Source: Tricharina praecox
Taxonomy: Eukaryota
Assembly (NCBI RefSeq): GCF_024521635.1
Contig: NW_026250409.1
Span: 992,001-1,056,000 of the forward strand
Reading direction: 5' to 3'
DNA length: 64,000 nt
Shown here: piece by piece, positions 47,864-59,634 of the stretch
Position numbering within the stretch: the first letter of the stretch is position 1
Layout: every line of letters starts with the position of its first letter
Made by a program: the position numbers and the translations under genes
Notes under the pieces: generated by a model
What the model saw: only the letters and a program-made list of their open reading frames with translations
What the model was told of the DNA's origin: nothing
The model's database searches: none

Positions 47864-48406
47864 TCAGAGCTCGCCCTTAACCGACTCCGCCAGCCCGGCC
47901 ACGACGCTTCCCGCCGCACCCACCACCCCACCCGCCGCCCGCCCCTCATCACCAGCATAGTACCACCACGCCCTACTAGCCACAATGGCGATATGATGCG
48001 GCAGATAAAAGCTCATGGCAATAATCAGCAGCGACAGCGCGATGAAGACGAACGTATCTATTGCCACACCCCACGTATCAGCACCCCCTCTATCTCCCTC
48101 CCTCTCCCTCCTCTCTATCTCTGGGGAATGGGAACGGGGGGGAGTACTAAATATGATCTTCTCCAGCGGCGTGAGCATGTACAGACTGAACGTCACCTCG
48201 TACTGGTACCGCTTCAGCTGCAGGAACCGGATGAGCGGGTTTGTGCTTGAGTAGGGAGAGGTGGTTTGCGTGGTTATCGGGCGCGGGCGCGGGGGCTTGG
48301 TGTTGCTGCTGGTCGTGGGCTTGGTGCTGCTGGTCATGGGGGTGGTCGTGAGGGTGCTGGGCGCGCTGGCGGTCGTGGGGGAGGCGGGTTTCAATGGTAA
48401 GGGCAT
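47864..48406 (-). CDS. Serine palmitoyltransferase small regulatory subunit-like protein, 1 intron
   Basis: LKRYQYEVTFSLYMLTPLEKIIF...TFVFIALSLLIIAMSFYLPHH. Start codon uncertain. Confidence 0.8.
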   Translation of the reverse strand: MPLPLKPASPTTASAPSTLTTTPMTSSTKPTTSSNTKPPRPRPITTQTTSPYSSTNPLIRFLQLKRYQYEVTFSLYMLTPLEKIIFSTPPRSHSPEIERREREGDRGGADTWGVAIDTFVFIALSLLIIAMSFYLPHHIAIVASRAWWYYAGDEGRAAGGVVGAAGSVVAGLAESVKGEL

Positions 48407-48976
48407 CTTGATCTTGATCTTGGGCGTGATGTCGCAGAAGTTGAGTTCGTGCTGGTATTGGTCGTGGTGGTGGAAGAAAAACCTGACTGAGTGGTGGCGT
48501 GGAAAAGTTCGTGGTGACTGGTGAGGTGTTCCCGGTGTTCCCCTTTTTGCGGCGCGTCGAGCTTGAGGTCGGGTCCGACATTGGTGCTAGTGGGACTATG
48601 TACTAGTGGCTATTAGCTGGCAGGGTTCTGGTTGTTACACAGGCAGAGCACTGCTAGTATGTGCCTCGGAATTCGGTGTAACTCCTGGAGTCCGACTCCT
48701 GGGCTATGGGATGTCGTGTCATGCCTTGCTGCACTTTATGTACATAGGGGAAATGTGCTAGGTAGCTGCCGTACATGGCGGTAGTTGTGCTCTCGAGTCT
48801 CAACGCCTAATGCCCAATTCCCAAAGCCCATGGCCTCGAAAGAACGGAAACTTGGTTGTGCACGGCAAGTCACGTCACATCACATCACCGACATCTGTAA
48901 CTACCATGAGCTAGGAATTCACATTCTGCCACCACCACTACCACCACCACCTCTCCACCTTCCATTCACAATTTCT

Positions 48977-51900
48977 TCACGCAGCCTTCCTCCTCCTCGC
49001 CGCCGCCGCCACCGGCGCAGCGGGCGCATTCGCCGCACCCGGCTGCCTCAGACTCATCATGGTAGCGTACATAAAGTCCGAGATTCCGACGAAGCCCTTA
49101 TACTTGAGGTGGTTCAGCACCTTGTTGCGGTACTCTGCGTAGACGAGTTTCATTCCGCCGTTCTGTGTGTACGATCGGTGGTTAGCGGAGATACTAGTAC
49201 AGGAGGGTCGGGGATCGGGGTCGGGGAGCATACGAGTTCCAGCTGTTGTAGCGACTTGAAGGTGACGGGGCCTTGGTGCTTGACCGGCGCGCCGGCCGCC
49301 TTCTCGAGGGTGTGGAAGTACTCTGCCGAGAAGCGGGCCAGGAACGGCGAGTATGAGAAGGAAAACATGTTCTTGAGTTCGATTCCGCGTTCGGTGCTCG
49401 CTGTTCGAAGGACTTCTATCACGTTTCTACGAGATATCAGTTAATTCGTGCTGGTTCTTGGTGGGCGAATGGGGGATCGTACTCCGGGATTGTGCACGCA
49501 AGAGCAGACCGGTTGTCTCTGTCGTTGGCCCCGGCGAACGCACGGTTGCGCCATATGCAATTGCAGATATCCATGATGAAGCCATTGAAGTGGGCTACAG
49601 CCGCTTGATCGTGTGCCGTCCGCATTGCGGGTTCGAGCGCGTTCTTGTATCTAGGAAAACGACGTGAGCTTCACGGTCGTCTAGCTGCTACTAGCATGGG
49701 TGATACTGACCGGACGAGAATCGAGCACAGTCGGGAAAACATCACCACATCACCGACAAACAGGTAGTAGTACACCACCGCGTCCGGCGGTATGACGATG
49801 CGGAACAGACTATTCTCCCACGGCAGCGCCGAGACGCATTCGTAGAACGAAAGCGTAGCATTCGCGACGGCCGCCGTGTTACTCGACTCCTGCAGGGCCT
49901 GTATTAACAGCTGTGTTGGGTGTGCGTTTAAGGGTTTGCCGTTACGTTGCGTACCTGAAATAGGTGGAGACAGAGATTGCCGACATGTTTCACAAACCGT
50001 TGGAGGCAGCGAGCCTCGACATCCAGGTTCTCCTTCTCCGGAGACCGTCCGCTATAGGCAATCGCCCAATTCCGCAAGAGGGCGGTATGGAATCCCAGCA
50101 AACTCGCAGCCGCCTCCTTTCCGCCGGATCTCAGCACCTTTTCGATGGGCTTCAGGAAATTCGTATCCAGAGCTGCAAGGCAAGGGAATTAGCCGGTTGG
50201 CCCCCCCATACGCATGATGACGAGTTCGCAGACCTTCGAATTCCCGAAGGGGAAGGAATGACGCTAGTTCCAATACCGTCTTGACGTGGGACTTGCCGTC
50301 CCACTGAGATAGGTATTTTCGGAGATATAGCTCAACTGATGGTAGCAGTTTCTGAAATCGCTCCGTCAGTCCGAAGTAGGGGATTGAGATAAATTTTGGG
50401 TTTTTTTGGTCTCAGGGCATACCCTTGTAGAATGTGTGTATTTAACGATCCCCGATAGCAGCGCGCCCGTTCTTGCCGATGCTCCGGGTGTCGGTGATTT
50501 GGAGAGCTGGAGGTCGTCTTCAAGAGCAGCGGTCAACCAGCTATTAATACGATGATCGGACGTTGCTGTTATGTCCCCCCTCCCCAATTAGAAGCTTGCC
50601 GCCTTGGGAAACTGTCCGGGAATCTCCTTACGCGATGGTCTCAGTGCGAGGAGATTCTGCAAGAGGGTATCATCGAGAACAGCGGCCAACTGGTTCGGCA
50701 GCTCCAGTTTATCGAGCTTCCGCACAAAGTCGTCGGCGTTTCGCACCTCCTCCAGCGTGATGGATGACTATCAAAAAATTAGTCAGTCCGGCAGCGAGGG
50801 GTGCAGAAATCCATAGAGCGTACCTCGATTGCTTGGAATGTATGGACTTCTGGTATCACGGCACGATCGGTCTTGCGCCGTTTCGACGCCTGGCCGTTGG
50901 CATGTCTGACTACAGCGAACGTTGTCTTCCCCCGACGGCCCATTTCGCTCGCGGCATTTACTTCTTGGATGGTGAGCACGGTCTGCATCCATTCCGGATT
51001 CGGGTGCTATAGCGATAGAAATCAGTCCCATGTGACAAATACCGACGGACAATGACCCCCCTCCCCCCCTTACCGAGAACAATCCAGCCTTGAACGGCCC
51101 GGCATCGCCGACGATGATATCGGGATAGTAGTTTTTGTACACCTGGAGAAGTGCATTGAGGGGCTGTTCATTCCCGACATCGCGCTTGAGCTCCAGCCTA
51201 CCACTGTGTGAGTCGGGCAAGTCGCACGAATCGTGTTTCAAGAAGAAAAAACTCACAAGGCCTGAATTCTGAACGGCTTGATATGCTTTCGTCGTGTGAC
51301 GAGAGAGAGAAGATGACAGATGGACGGTCTGGACGCATGTGTCAGTGAAGTCCCACACCGCTCGGCCGATGTCGATGCTGCAGGAAGCTGGCACATGCCT
51401 TAGAGTCATCATATCTAGCAGATTGAACATGATTCCGTACAACTGCGAGAGGACAGTGTAGTCCTCCAAGACATCGTACACCATCAACAGCCAGCGTAGA
51501 AGCGCCGCCTACGTGCAATCAGCAACCGCAGATCTAGGAGTTTAGACAGCGTGTGGATATGCTACCTACCTGAAGCAAGAGCTGTGGCTTACTCGGGCCA
51601 GACCCGAGACATCCCACGACGAGGAGGACAATCTCATCCGCCACCTTCCTGCGCGGCACCAGCAGCCTGATGACCTGCCCGGCGGTGGCCTGATCCAGAT
51701 GGCACGGGCTCTTCGTGAGGGTATCGACAAGGAGCTCTAGGACCTCCGGCGTGAGCCCGCGGATTGTCGCATACTGGCCGAGGCCGGAGATGGCGGCGCC
51801 GAGGTCTTCCTTCGAAACGGATTTGCGGTCGCCGGCAGCTGCGAAAGCCCCGAGGGTAAGCTATGCGTATGACGGGGAGGCAGAGGTATAGTTACCCCGT

Positions 51901-52048
51901 CGGATTCGGTCCGCGAGCGCTAGGACGTCTTCATCGTACTCGGGAGCTTCTATAGCGTCTAGTATACTCGTGGTCAGCGATCGCCTGCTCACTCACTCCC
52001 CGACACTCTCTCTACTGGCGCACCTTTCGAAGCAGACTCTGAAGGCAT
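48977..52048 (-). CDS. mis6: Centromere protein I (Mis6/Ctf3), many introns
   Basis: LLRWLLMVYDVL; LFNLL-like MFNLLDMMTLR; PFRIQALLEL; LLQVYKNYYPDII; FNGFIMDICNCIWRNRAF; FSFSYSP; YRNKVLNHL...GISDFMYATM. Confidence 0.85.
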
Positions 52049-52288
52049 TGAAGGAATCTGGTGGTACGGCACAGTGGAGAGCGAGCGACACTCCGCGATG
52101 GATGGTTCGGTTTAGTTGGTTGCGGCGGGGTGGTGGTGGTCTGCGTGTGGGGAGGGGCTCGGATTGCGGCGCTGCTCAAGGTTGGGTTGGGTTGACGCGA
52201 CGTGACATTCCCGCGATGTGCATAGAGTACTCTGGAGTGCACAGAGTACTCTGGAGTGCACTATGAAACCATGGTCACACAAGCATGA

Positions 52289-52392
52289 ACCACCACCACC
52301 ACCACCACCACCACCACCACCACCACTACCACCACCACCACCACCACCACCACCACCACCTCCACCTCCACCTCCACCTCCACCTCCACCTC
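52289..52392. repeat. (CCA)n / (CCACCT)n microsatellite
   Basis: Direct reading of the sequence; explains the poly-P, poly-H and poly-G ORFs in the track. Confidence 0.95.
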
Positions 52393-55300
52393 CCCCATCT
52401 CCCAATGACTTCAGTCCTACCACCATCACCGACAACTTACCTATCCTCAGCCCCCAGCCGCAACAATGGTCAATGCCGATGCAACAGAACCACAGCATCA
52501 GAGACGATTCGTCTCCATATTCCTTTTACCAGTCCCGTTCATGTCCTCGCCGTCATGGGATCACCACGCAGACAGCTTCTTCGGCCTTCGGGATGCCGCA
52601 TCAAACGGAGAGTTGGTGTAGAGTGTAGAGTGTGGAGTGTGGAGTATATAGTGGAGAGGTAAGTGAGTACGTGTGTTCCCATGCCTTTTTTTTGTTTTTT
52701 TCAATCAATCACTCACTCTATATGAAGCGCATTCGGTTTCTCTAGACTGACCACCGACCACTCACCATTGGCCACTGGCCAGCCCGAAACCGATGGCCGG
52801 GCCCTGCTGCTGTATGTAGCTCTTGCTCGTGCTGCTGCAGAGCCAACACTTGGTCGCACACGCACGGAAACGATTGAGCTCTCAGAGTGAATCTATTTAT
52901 TCTCTGTTTTTATTTGTTCAGGATTCCTGAGGATTCCTAAGGATGAAGAGAGGATCAGCTTCTCCAATGCAGCTCAAGTGCCTTTGTCGGCGCCCTTGTA
53001 CCGTTGAGTACTGTACTATGGTACCTTGTACCGAACACAAGCAGGGAGGAAGGGACGACAAGGCGGTCGTACAGCGCGATTGGTGGCTACATCTTGCTTA
53101 CATACAGGCGATGGATGCTTGCCCGTACTGCGGTGCGCTGGCGAATATCTATGGCGCACACAAGACGAGGACGACGACGACTCCGCATTCCCCAGGCGCC
53201 TCACTCAGGTATCACGAAAAAGCGGAGTAACACTGTGACATAGTTACATGCGGCGCTGGGGAATACGATGTAACTAACCACTACCAGTATTACTTGTCGC
53301 CCTTGCCCCTATGGACGATAGGTATGACTGTGTCTGAATTCCGACAGTACGGTTCTCGCCTTCATGAGCACTCCCCCATTGGGGAATCAGGGAGTCGGGG
53401 AGTAGCTATTCCATGTATCTACGGTACATACCGGACAGGGAGAGAGAGAGGGCATTGGGTATGATACCGTATAGGTACTACCGGTATACGGTACATACTC
53501 TACTCCACTCTACCGCGGCCGGAGCACGTACGTATGCAGTCGTGCTTTAACTACTCGATTCATCCATCCATCCGTTCAGCGAGATGTCGCTGTTCCTTTG
53601 CAGCCTCATCGAGCAGGCAGTGCCGTGCGACTGCTTTGCCTTGGTTGCGCCAATGCTGCTGCACAACAACACCGCTGCACAGTGCTACATTCATGCGGTA
53701 GGCACCCACTCGACTCCACGGCTCGACTCCACTCCACTCGTACTCCCCATGAACACACACCGCCAGCTCAATCAACGGTGATCCGTTTCACAGCCCTTCT
53801 TGGAATCACTCGACGTTTGGATTCTTTTGATTTCTGATTTGTTTCGATTTGTTTCGCGCCCTCTTGGCGTTCAACTCTCAGCTTCTCGATATCACGGGCT
53901 GTGTTGTGTGTTGTGGTGCTCCGTCGGTCTCCGTCGTGCTCCATCGGGCAGTGATCCGTTACTCACAGTTAGGCTTGTGCGACAGCGCGCACACGCAACC
54001 AGAGTAGTCCCGCTAGCTCCGTTTCCGCACCGGCGACATTGAGATGCCTGACGCGGCCTAGCGCTGTACTTGTAGTTCGTTAGCGGGCGTTGGCCAAGTC
54101 GCACAGAACGTGCAGCAGCAGCAGGCCGTGGAACCACACACGCTGCAGAAAAGGCAAAACACTTGCTTGGCGCTGCTCGTTGCTGATGCTCCAGTGAGAA
54201 AGTGAGGATGTGAGGATGTCGGGTTGCTGAACCAGCTGGTTGATGGATTACACCAACCAACCCCCCACTCGCCTCGTCTCCTGCTCCATAGAGGACATGC
54301 GGCACTTGCCCGTGACAGCTGCGTACGAACTAGTACATCACTTACAAAGCAGGGCCGGCTGGACGGGCTGGCAGGCAGGCAGGGCAGGGCAGCCGGGCCT
54401 GAAGCGCCAACATCAGCGCAACGGCGGAGCCCCATCCCGCTTGTGGGACCTGTGGTACGTACTACAGTGCTATACATATTACACGTTGGTCTCGTGGAAA
54501 CATCCGGAGCTGGTGGGAGTCGAGACAAACTGTCCATTTGTCTGTCTGTCTGTCTGTATGGCGGGCCGGCTGGCTGACTGGCTGGAATAATGGACGGCCT
54601 GGATGGGCGGATGGGTGGATGGATGAGTGGATGAGTGGATGGATGGATGGATGGAAGACCGGTGGAGCACTGGAGCTACCTACATACAATAATTTCTCCA
54701 TACCAGAGCCATGTATGAGCCATGTATAAGCCATGTATGTGCGCCAGGTCGGCCGGATTGTATCGATTGGTACATGGAAAGTGCTCTAGAGCAACAAGTG
54801 CCGCCGCCAGTTAGGTCGAGCTTCCGGTTTCACAGGTTTGGGCTGGGCTGTCTTGCCTGCCCCCCCCCCCCCCCCCCCCCCCACAAATGTAGCAACCACC
54901 ATCCCCATCCAAAACCCCATACACGTCGCCTTGCGCGGTCGTTTGTGTTATTTTTATTGTACTCTCTCCCCTTGTCCCTCCCGAGATACCCCCTTCTCCC
55001 AGTTCCTATTTTGTTCTTTCCTCCTCTCCTTCTCCCCTCTCCGACTTTACTACCCCCCTCACCCGAGCCATTCGTCTTTCCGGTCCAGAGAACGTTGTTG
55101 TTGTTGTCGCCGAGTCGAAAGAGGTGCCATCCCGCGAATCCCACTCCTAGTAGTAGCTCATCCCGCCTTGTCGCCATCCGCCGTCCACCGTCATCGTCGT
55201 CGTCATCTCACAGCAGCAACGCCTTTGCCGCCCCATCGAACGTCGGCCCCGCGGAAGGAACCAACAACAAAAAAGACTCCCTTCGAACCGGCCGTCGTCC

Positions 55301-55842
55301 CTACCTCGACTTGGCGGATCGGTACTGCGCTCGTCGGCAAAGCTACCGACTCACCTATAGCTACCAGATAGCCCCTCCGAATCGGACCTTCCGGCCGCCG
55401 ACTCTCCCACGGGGGATTCTGGATCTCTCGACATCCCCGTCGTCGTCATCGTCGTCGCGTCGCAACCTCCTCCGGCCGCCGGGGAATTGGAGTTGCCGGG
55501 AGAAGCGAAACCGACGAGAAGGTGGAGGAGGAGGAGAGGGAGATCCTGGATTTCAGCCGCTTGCATAGCATGAACGCCGAACCGACCGCGCCAGCGTCAA
55601 CGCAGGACGGTGCAAGTGCGCAGCCCACCGCCGCCGTCGCCGCCGGGGGAGGGAGGATCTCGAATGTTGGTTTGGCATCTCGTGCGACCACGCTGCGTCG
55701 CTGCGAAACGAGAGAGGCTGACGGGAGGCGGGAGCGGGAATAGGTCATCATCAGCGGCAGCAGCAGCAATAGCGAGTACGGGTTCTCGGGCCCCTCGCCG
55801 CAGCAGCAACAGCACCACCAGCAGCAGCAGCAGCAGCAACAC

Positions 55843-58800
55843 ATGTCGGACGACTCGTTCGACGAGGAGATCCTAAGGTACGTTGTCACATCTCTCCCCC
55901 ACCACCTCCGGCCTGCGCCCAGCTTCCGAATTTAATGGCGCCATTCGCCCCTACAGATGCATCGGCCAGATGATCATGGTGGTATTCGACGGATTGGCCG
56001 TCACTCCGGACATTCAGACGATGATAGAAAAGTACTATGTCGGGAACATTCTTTTGACGGCAAGGAACATCCGAGGTACGCGCCCGGGTCGCACCATGTC
56101 CTAGCTTCGCGCACCACACAACACAACACAACCCCCCCATGCTGATGTGTCGCCAGATAGTGTTCAGGTTGCGACCCTCACACAGGAATTGCAGAAGATT
56201 GCGCAGGCGGCTGGTTTTACATACCCGCTCATGATTGGCATTGAACAGGAGAACGGCATGGTACGTGGTCACGTCCAGCTGATGATGATTTTTTTTTGTG
56301 TGTGTGTGTGCGTGTGTGCGTGTGTTTTGTACAACCGAGACCCGGGCGGATTTGTAACGTAGCACAGATTAGTCGGCTAGGTGACGGCATCCGAGCAACC
56401 CACTTCCCGGGGCCAATGGCCTTGGGCGCAACGAGGTCACCCAACCAGGCCTTCGACGTCGCCAAAGCCACGGCCACCGAGCTCGCCGCCGTAGGAATAA
56501 ATTGGAACTTTGCGCCCGTGCTGGATGTGATTAGCGAGCAGGGCAACACGACGGTCGGCGTCAGGGCCTTTGGCGACGATCCGCAGACGGTTGGCCGCTT
56601 CGGTGTCGCCTTCGCCGAGGGCCTCAGGGCAGGCGGAGTGGGTCACTGCGCTAAACACTTTCCCGGAATCGCATGTACGAGGGACGGCCGGCGCGATTCA
56701 GTTTTCCGCGCAAAATCCAGCGAAGACATCGAAGCGACCGAGATGGTTCCGTTCCGAAGGGCTGTTGCGGCCGGATTGGATAGTGTCATGCTGAGTTCGT
56801 CCATATGGCCGGGAAGCAGTCCGGACGACAGCGAAGGCGGCGATGCGTCGAGGGCCAAGCACATCATCGGGGAAGTGTTGCGACGGCAGATTGGGTACGA
56901 CGGTGTCACCGTGTGCGATGTAACGGACATGCCGCTCTTCGGCAAAGATCCGCAGCACATCGGCGAAGCGGTGGTAACGGCCATCAACGCGGGGTGCGAT
57001 TTGATCCTGATCTACCACAACCAGTCCGTGCAGGTACAGGGCCTGCAGGCGATATACGATGCCCTGCAGCGGAGGTACATGGACAGGGAGGTGATATACC
57101 GAGCGTCGTCGTTGGTTCTGCGGCTCAAGGATCACTACTTCAGCTGGCGGACGGCGCTGGCGGCTCCGGACCCCCAGCGACTGCAAACCCTGATGCAGCT
57201 GCACCAGTCGATAGCGCGGAAAGCGTATGAGAACTCCATCACGGTGGTCAGGGACGAGCGCACTCTGATCCCTCTCTCATCCAAGATCACTCCCTCGGAC
57301 GAAGTACTCCTCCTGACCCCGGTCGTGAGACCGCTACACCAACGTGTGGCGGGAGAGCCGACCATCGATCCGTTCGAGTGCTTCGGAAGAGCACTTGCGC
57401 AGCGGCACCCTCGGATAATACACGCGCCATACACGGCTCACGGAATCACTCAGACGCACGTCTCGTTGATCAAGCGGTGTGCGGCTATCATCTTTGTCAC
57501 GGCGAACGCGACGAGGCCGAATTCGAAATCCCAGGTGCAAACCGCGAGTGCGGTCCACAGGCTCTGCTACAGCAAGCCCATGATCAATCTCGCGGCGTGC
57601 GACCCGTACGACTTGCTGGATGATCGGAAGTGTCTGTATTCCCTTCTCAACACCGCAGGATTCTGGATCGGCTTGCTGACTGCGGCGGAAAACAGACGGG
57701 ACGTACATATGCACCTACGAGTACTCATCAACAGCTCTCGAAACGGCAGCGGCGGTGATATTCGGCGAACGACACGCAGCGGGGGTGCTCCCGGTCCAGG
57801 TTCCAGGCGCGCCGGCGCTCCGGCAACAACGGCACGTTCATCTGCTGTGAAACTTTTTTTTCGACTTTTTTTCTTTCATTTCATTTCAATCTTTTCTATA
57901 TTATCGAGAGATGCATGCTAAGACGGTGTGTTTTCATTCAGGCAATGGTTCGTGGAGGTCTGGGAGAAGCGAAGGGACCTGTATGCATCAGCGGATCTCT
58001 GGCAAGATTGTTTGGGACGCAAGTGGCCGCTCGACGCGGGTACGCTGAGTGCGCTACTCGATCGGCCCGGATACTCGAAGCATTTTGTAGTGCGCCACAC
58101 GACATCGCTGGAGTTGTTGGGATTGTGCGCCACGTACTTTATCATGTTAGGGAATAATAAAGTGATTGGGAGCCTGGCGCTGCTGCTCGTCAGGCCTACG
58201 CATCGGTTCGCGGTTTTTTTTCTTTTCTGCTTTTCCGTTTAATCTGCCCAATCTTGATTTTTTTTCTACACTTCCCTATGGTGGCTTTTACTCGGCGGTG
58301 ACGCCGCTCAGAAGAAACCGCATCTAACACCCCCCCTAGCGATCTAGGAATCGGGCTCAGCCTCCACGACGTAGCCGTCCGGCACCTTCGCTCGACGCCA
58401 GGAATAACGTCCATGCAGCTGGGCAGCATCTTCCCGCGCCTATTCCCGGGGCTCCCCGTGTCCCTTCCAGACGACGACACCCGCTGGTTCGCGCACCGGG
58501 GGTGGAAGCTGAGCGACTCACACTTCGTGTACGACCTGTTCATGCCGATCACGGAGTTCGTCGTGCGCGACAACCTCTCGGCCGAGCTGGCGGATATGGG
58601 CGTCGTCATTGATAACTGCACCCCCGGGAATATGTTTGAGAGGTTGTTGAGGTTTGAGGAACAATACTTTGGAGCGTATCCCGGCTGGGTAGAGAAGTTT
58701 CATGCCCTAAAGGAGACCGAGGATATTGCCGACGCTATTGTCGCGTTTGCACCGGGGAAGAGGGGGGGTTTGGGCGCGGGGGAGGGGGGCGACGGTGGGG

Positions 58801-59235
58801 CGGGGCAAGGGGGGGAGGGCACGGGGGAGGGACAAGAGGAAGGGGAGGGAGAGATCCTCGGCGCGGTACTCATCTTCTCACCCGTGGGCAATAATCAGAT
58901 CTCGAGGGACATTCCGTGGCCGAAGGTCATTGGCGAGCGGATCGGTGGGCTCGGGTTCGTCGGCGTGAAACGTTCGTCCCCCCCCCCCCTTTTCCCCCAT
59001 TTCCCCCATCTTTCCCCCCACCCCTCCTTTTTTTCCCTAGCCGCTAACGCAAAAGCAAATAGCCGAATACCGCGGCCTAGGCGTCCGCAAAGGCCTGATA
59101 GTGGCGGCAATACTGGAGCTGAAGCAGCGGGGGCTGCGCGGCTGCTTCATCGACTGGGCCGACGATATAGATACCTACACGAAACTGGGGTTTAGGGAGT
59201 GGGGGAAGTATCGCGAGGTTTGGAGGAAGATATGA
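55843..59235 (+). CDS. GH3 beta-N-acetylglucosaminidase-like domain fused to tandem GNAT domains (Ngs1-like)
   Basis: IGQMIMVVFDG; MIGIEQENGM; FPGPMALGAT; GINWNFAPVLDV; VRAFGDD; CAKHFPG; LRRQIGYDGVTVCD; then GNAT motif-A-like LVRPTHRDLGIG and VGVKPEYRGLGV, ending YTKLGFREWGKY. Confidence 0.85.
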
Positions 59236-59634
59236 TTTTTTTTCTTTGATTTTTGTGGGGGGGAGCGGGCGGTAGTGGAAGGGTGTGTTGGCGGGGCGTT
59301 GTTTGATGTTTCGTTTAGGGATGCGGTGGGTGCGATGGGGCTTGTGGTGTAGTGGGGGGAGGGGGGGCTTGCTTTGGTCCTGTGGTTGTATTATAGCGAG
59401 TGATTAGATCTGGTGCAGTGGAGTTTAAGAGATCATGGAATCAAAGAGTCAATACGTCAGTCTGTCATTTCGCATTGGAAATTATTCCGGCATCCTCGCC
59501 AGTCCTTCTCATCCCATCTCCACTCTCTTTTATGGCCATAACTATGTACACTCTAACCACCAGCACCACCGTCACCATCACATCTACACCACCACCACCA
59601 GCACATCTACACTCTAACCACCACACCATCACAT

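Noticed and set aside
52112..52662. Poly-Pro, poly-His and poly-Gly ORFs
   Set aside because: These are translations of the (CCA)n microsatellite in three frames.
54711..55568. 285 aa Pro/Ser-rich ORF upstream of the GH3-GNAT gene
   Set aside because: It crosses a poly-C run and CT-rich promoter-like DNA; likely promoter or 5'UTR.
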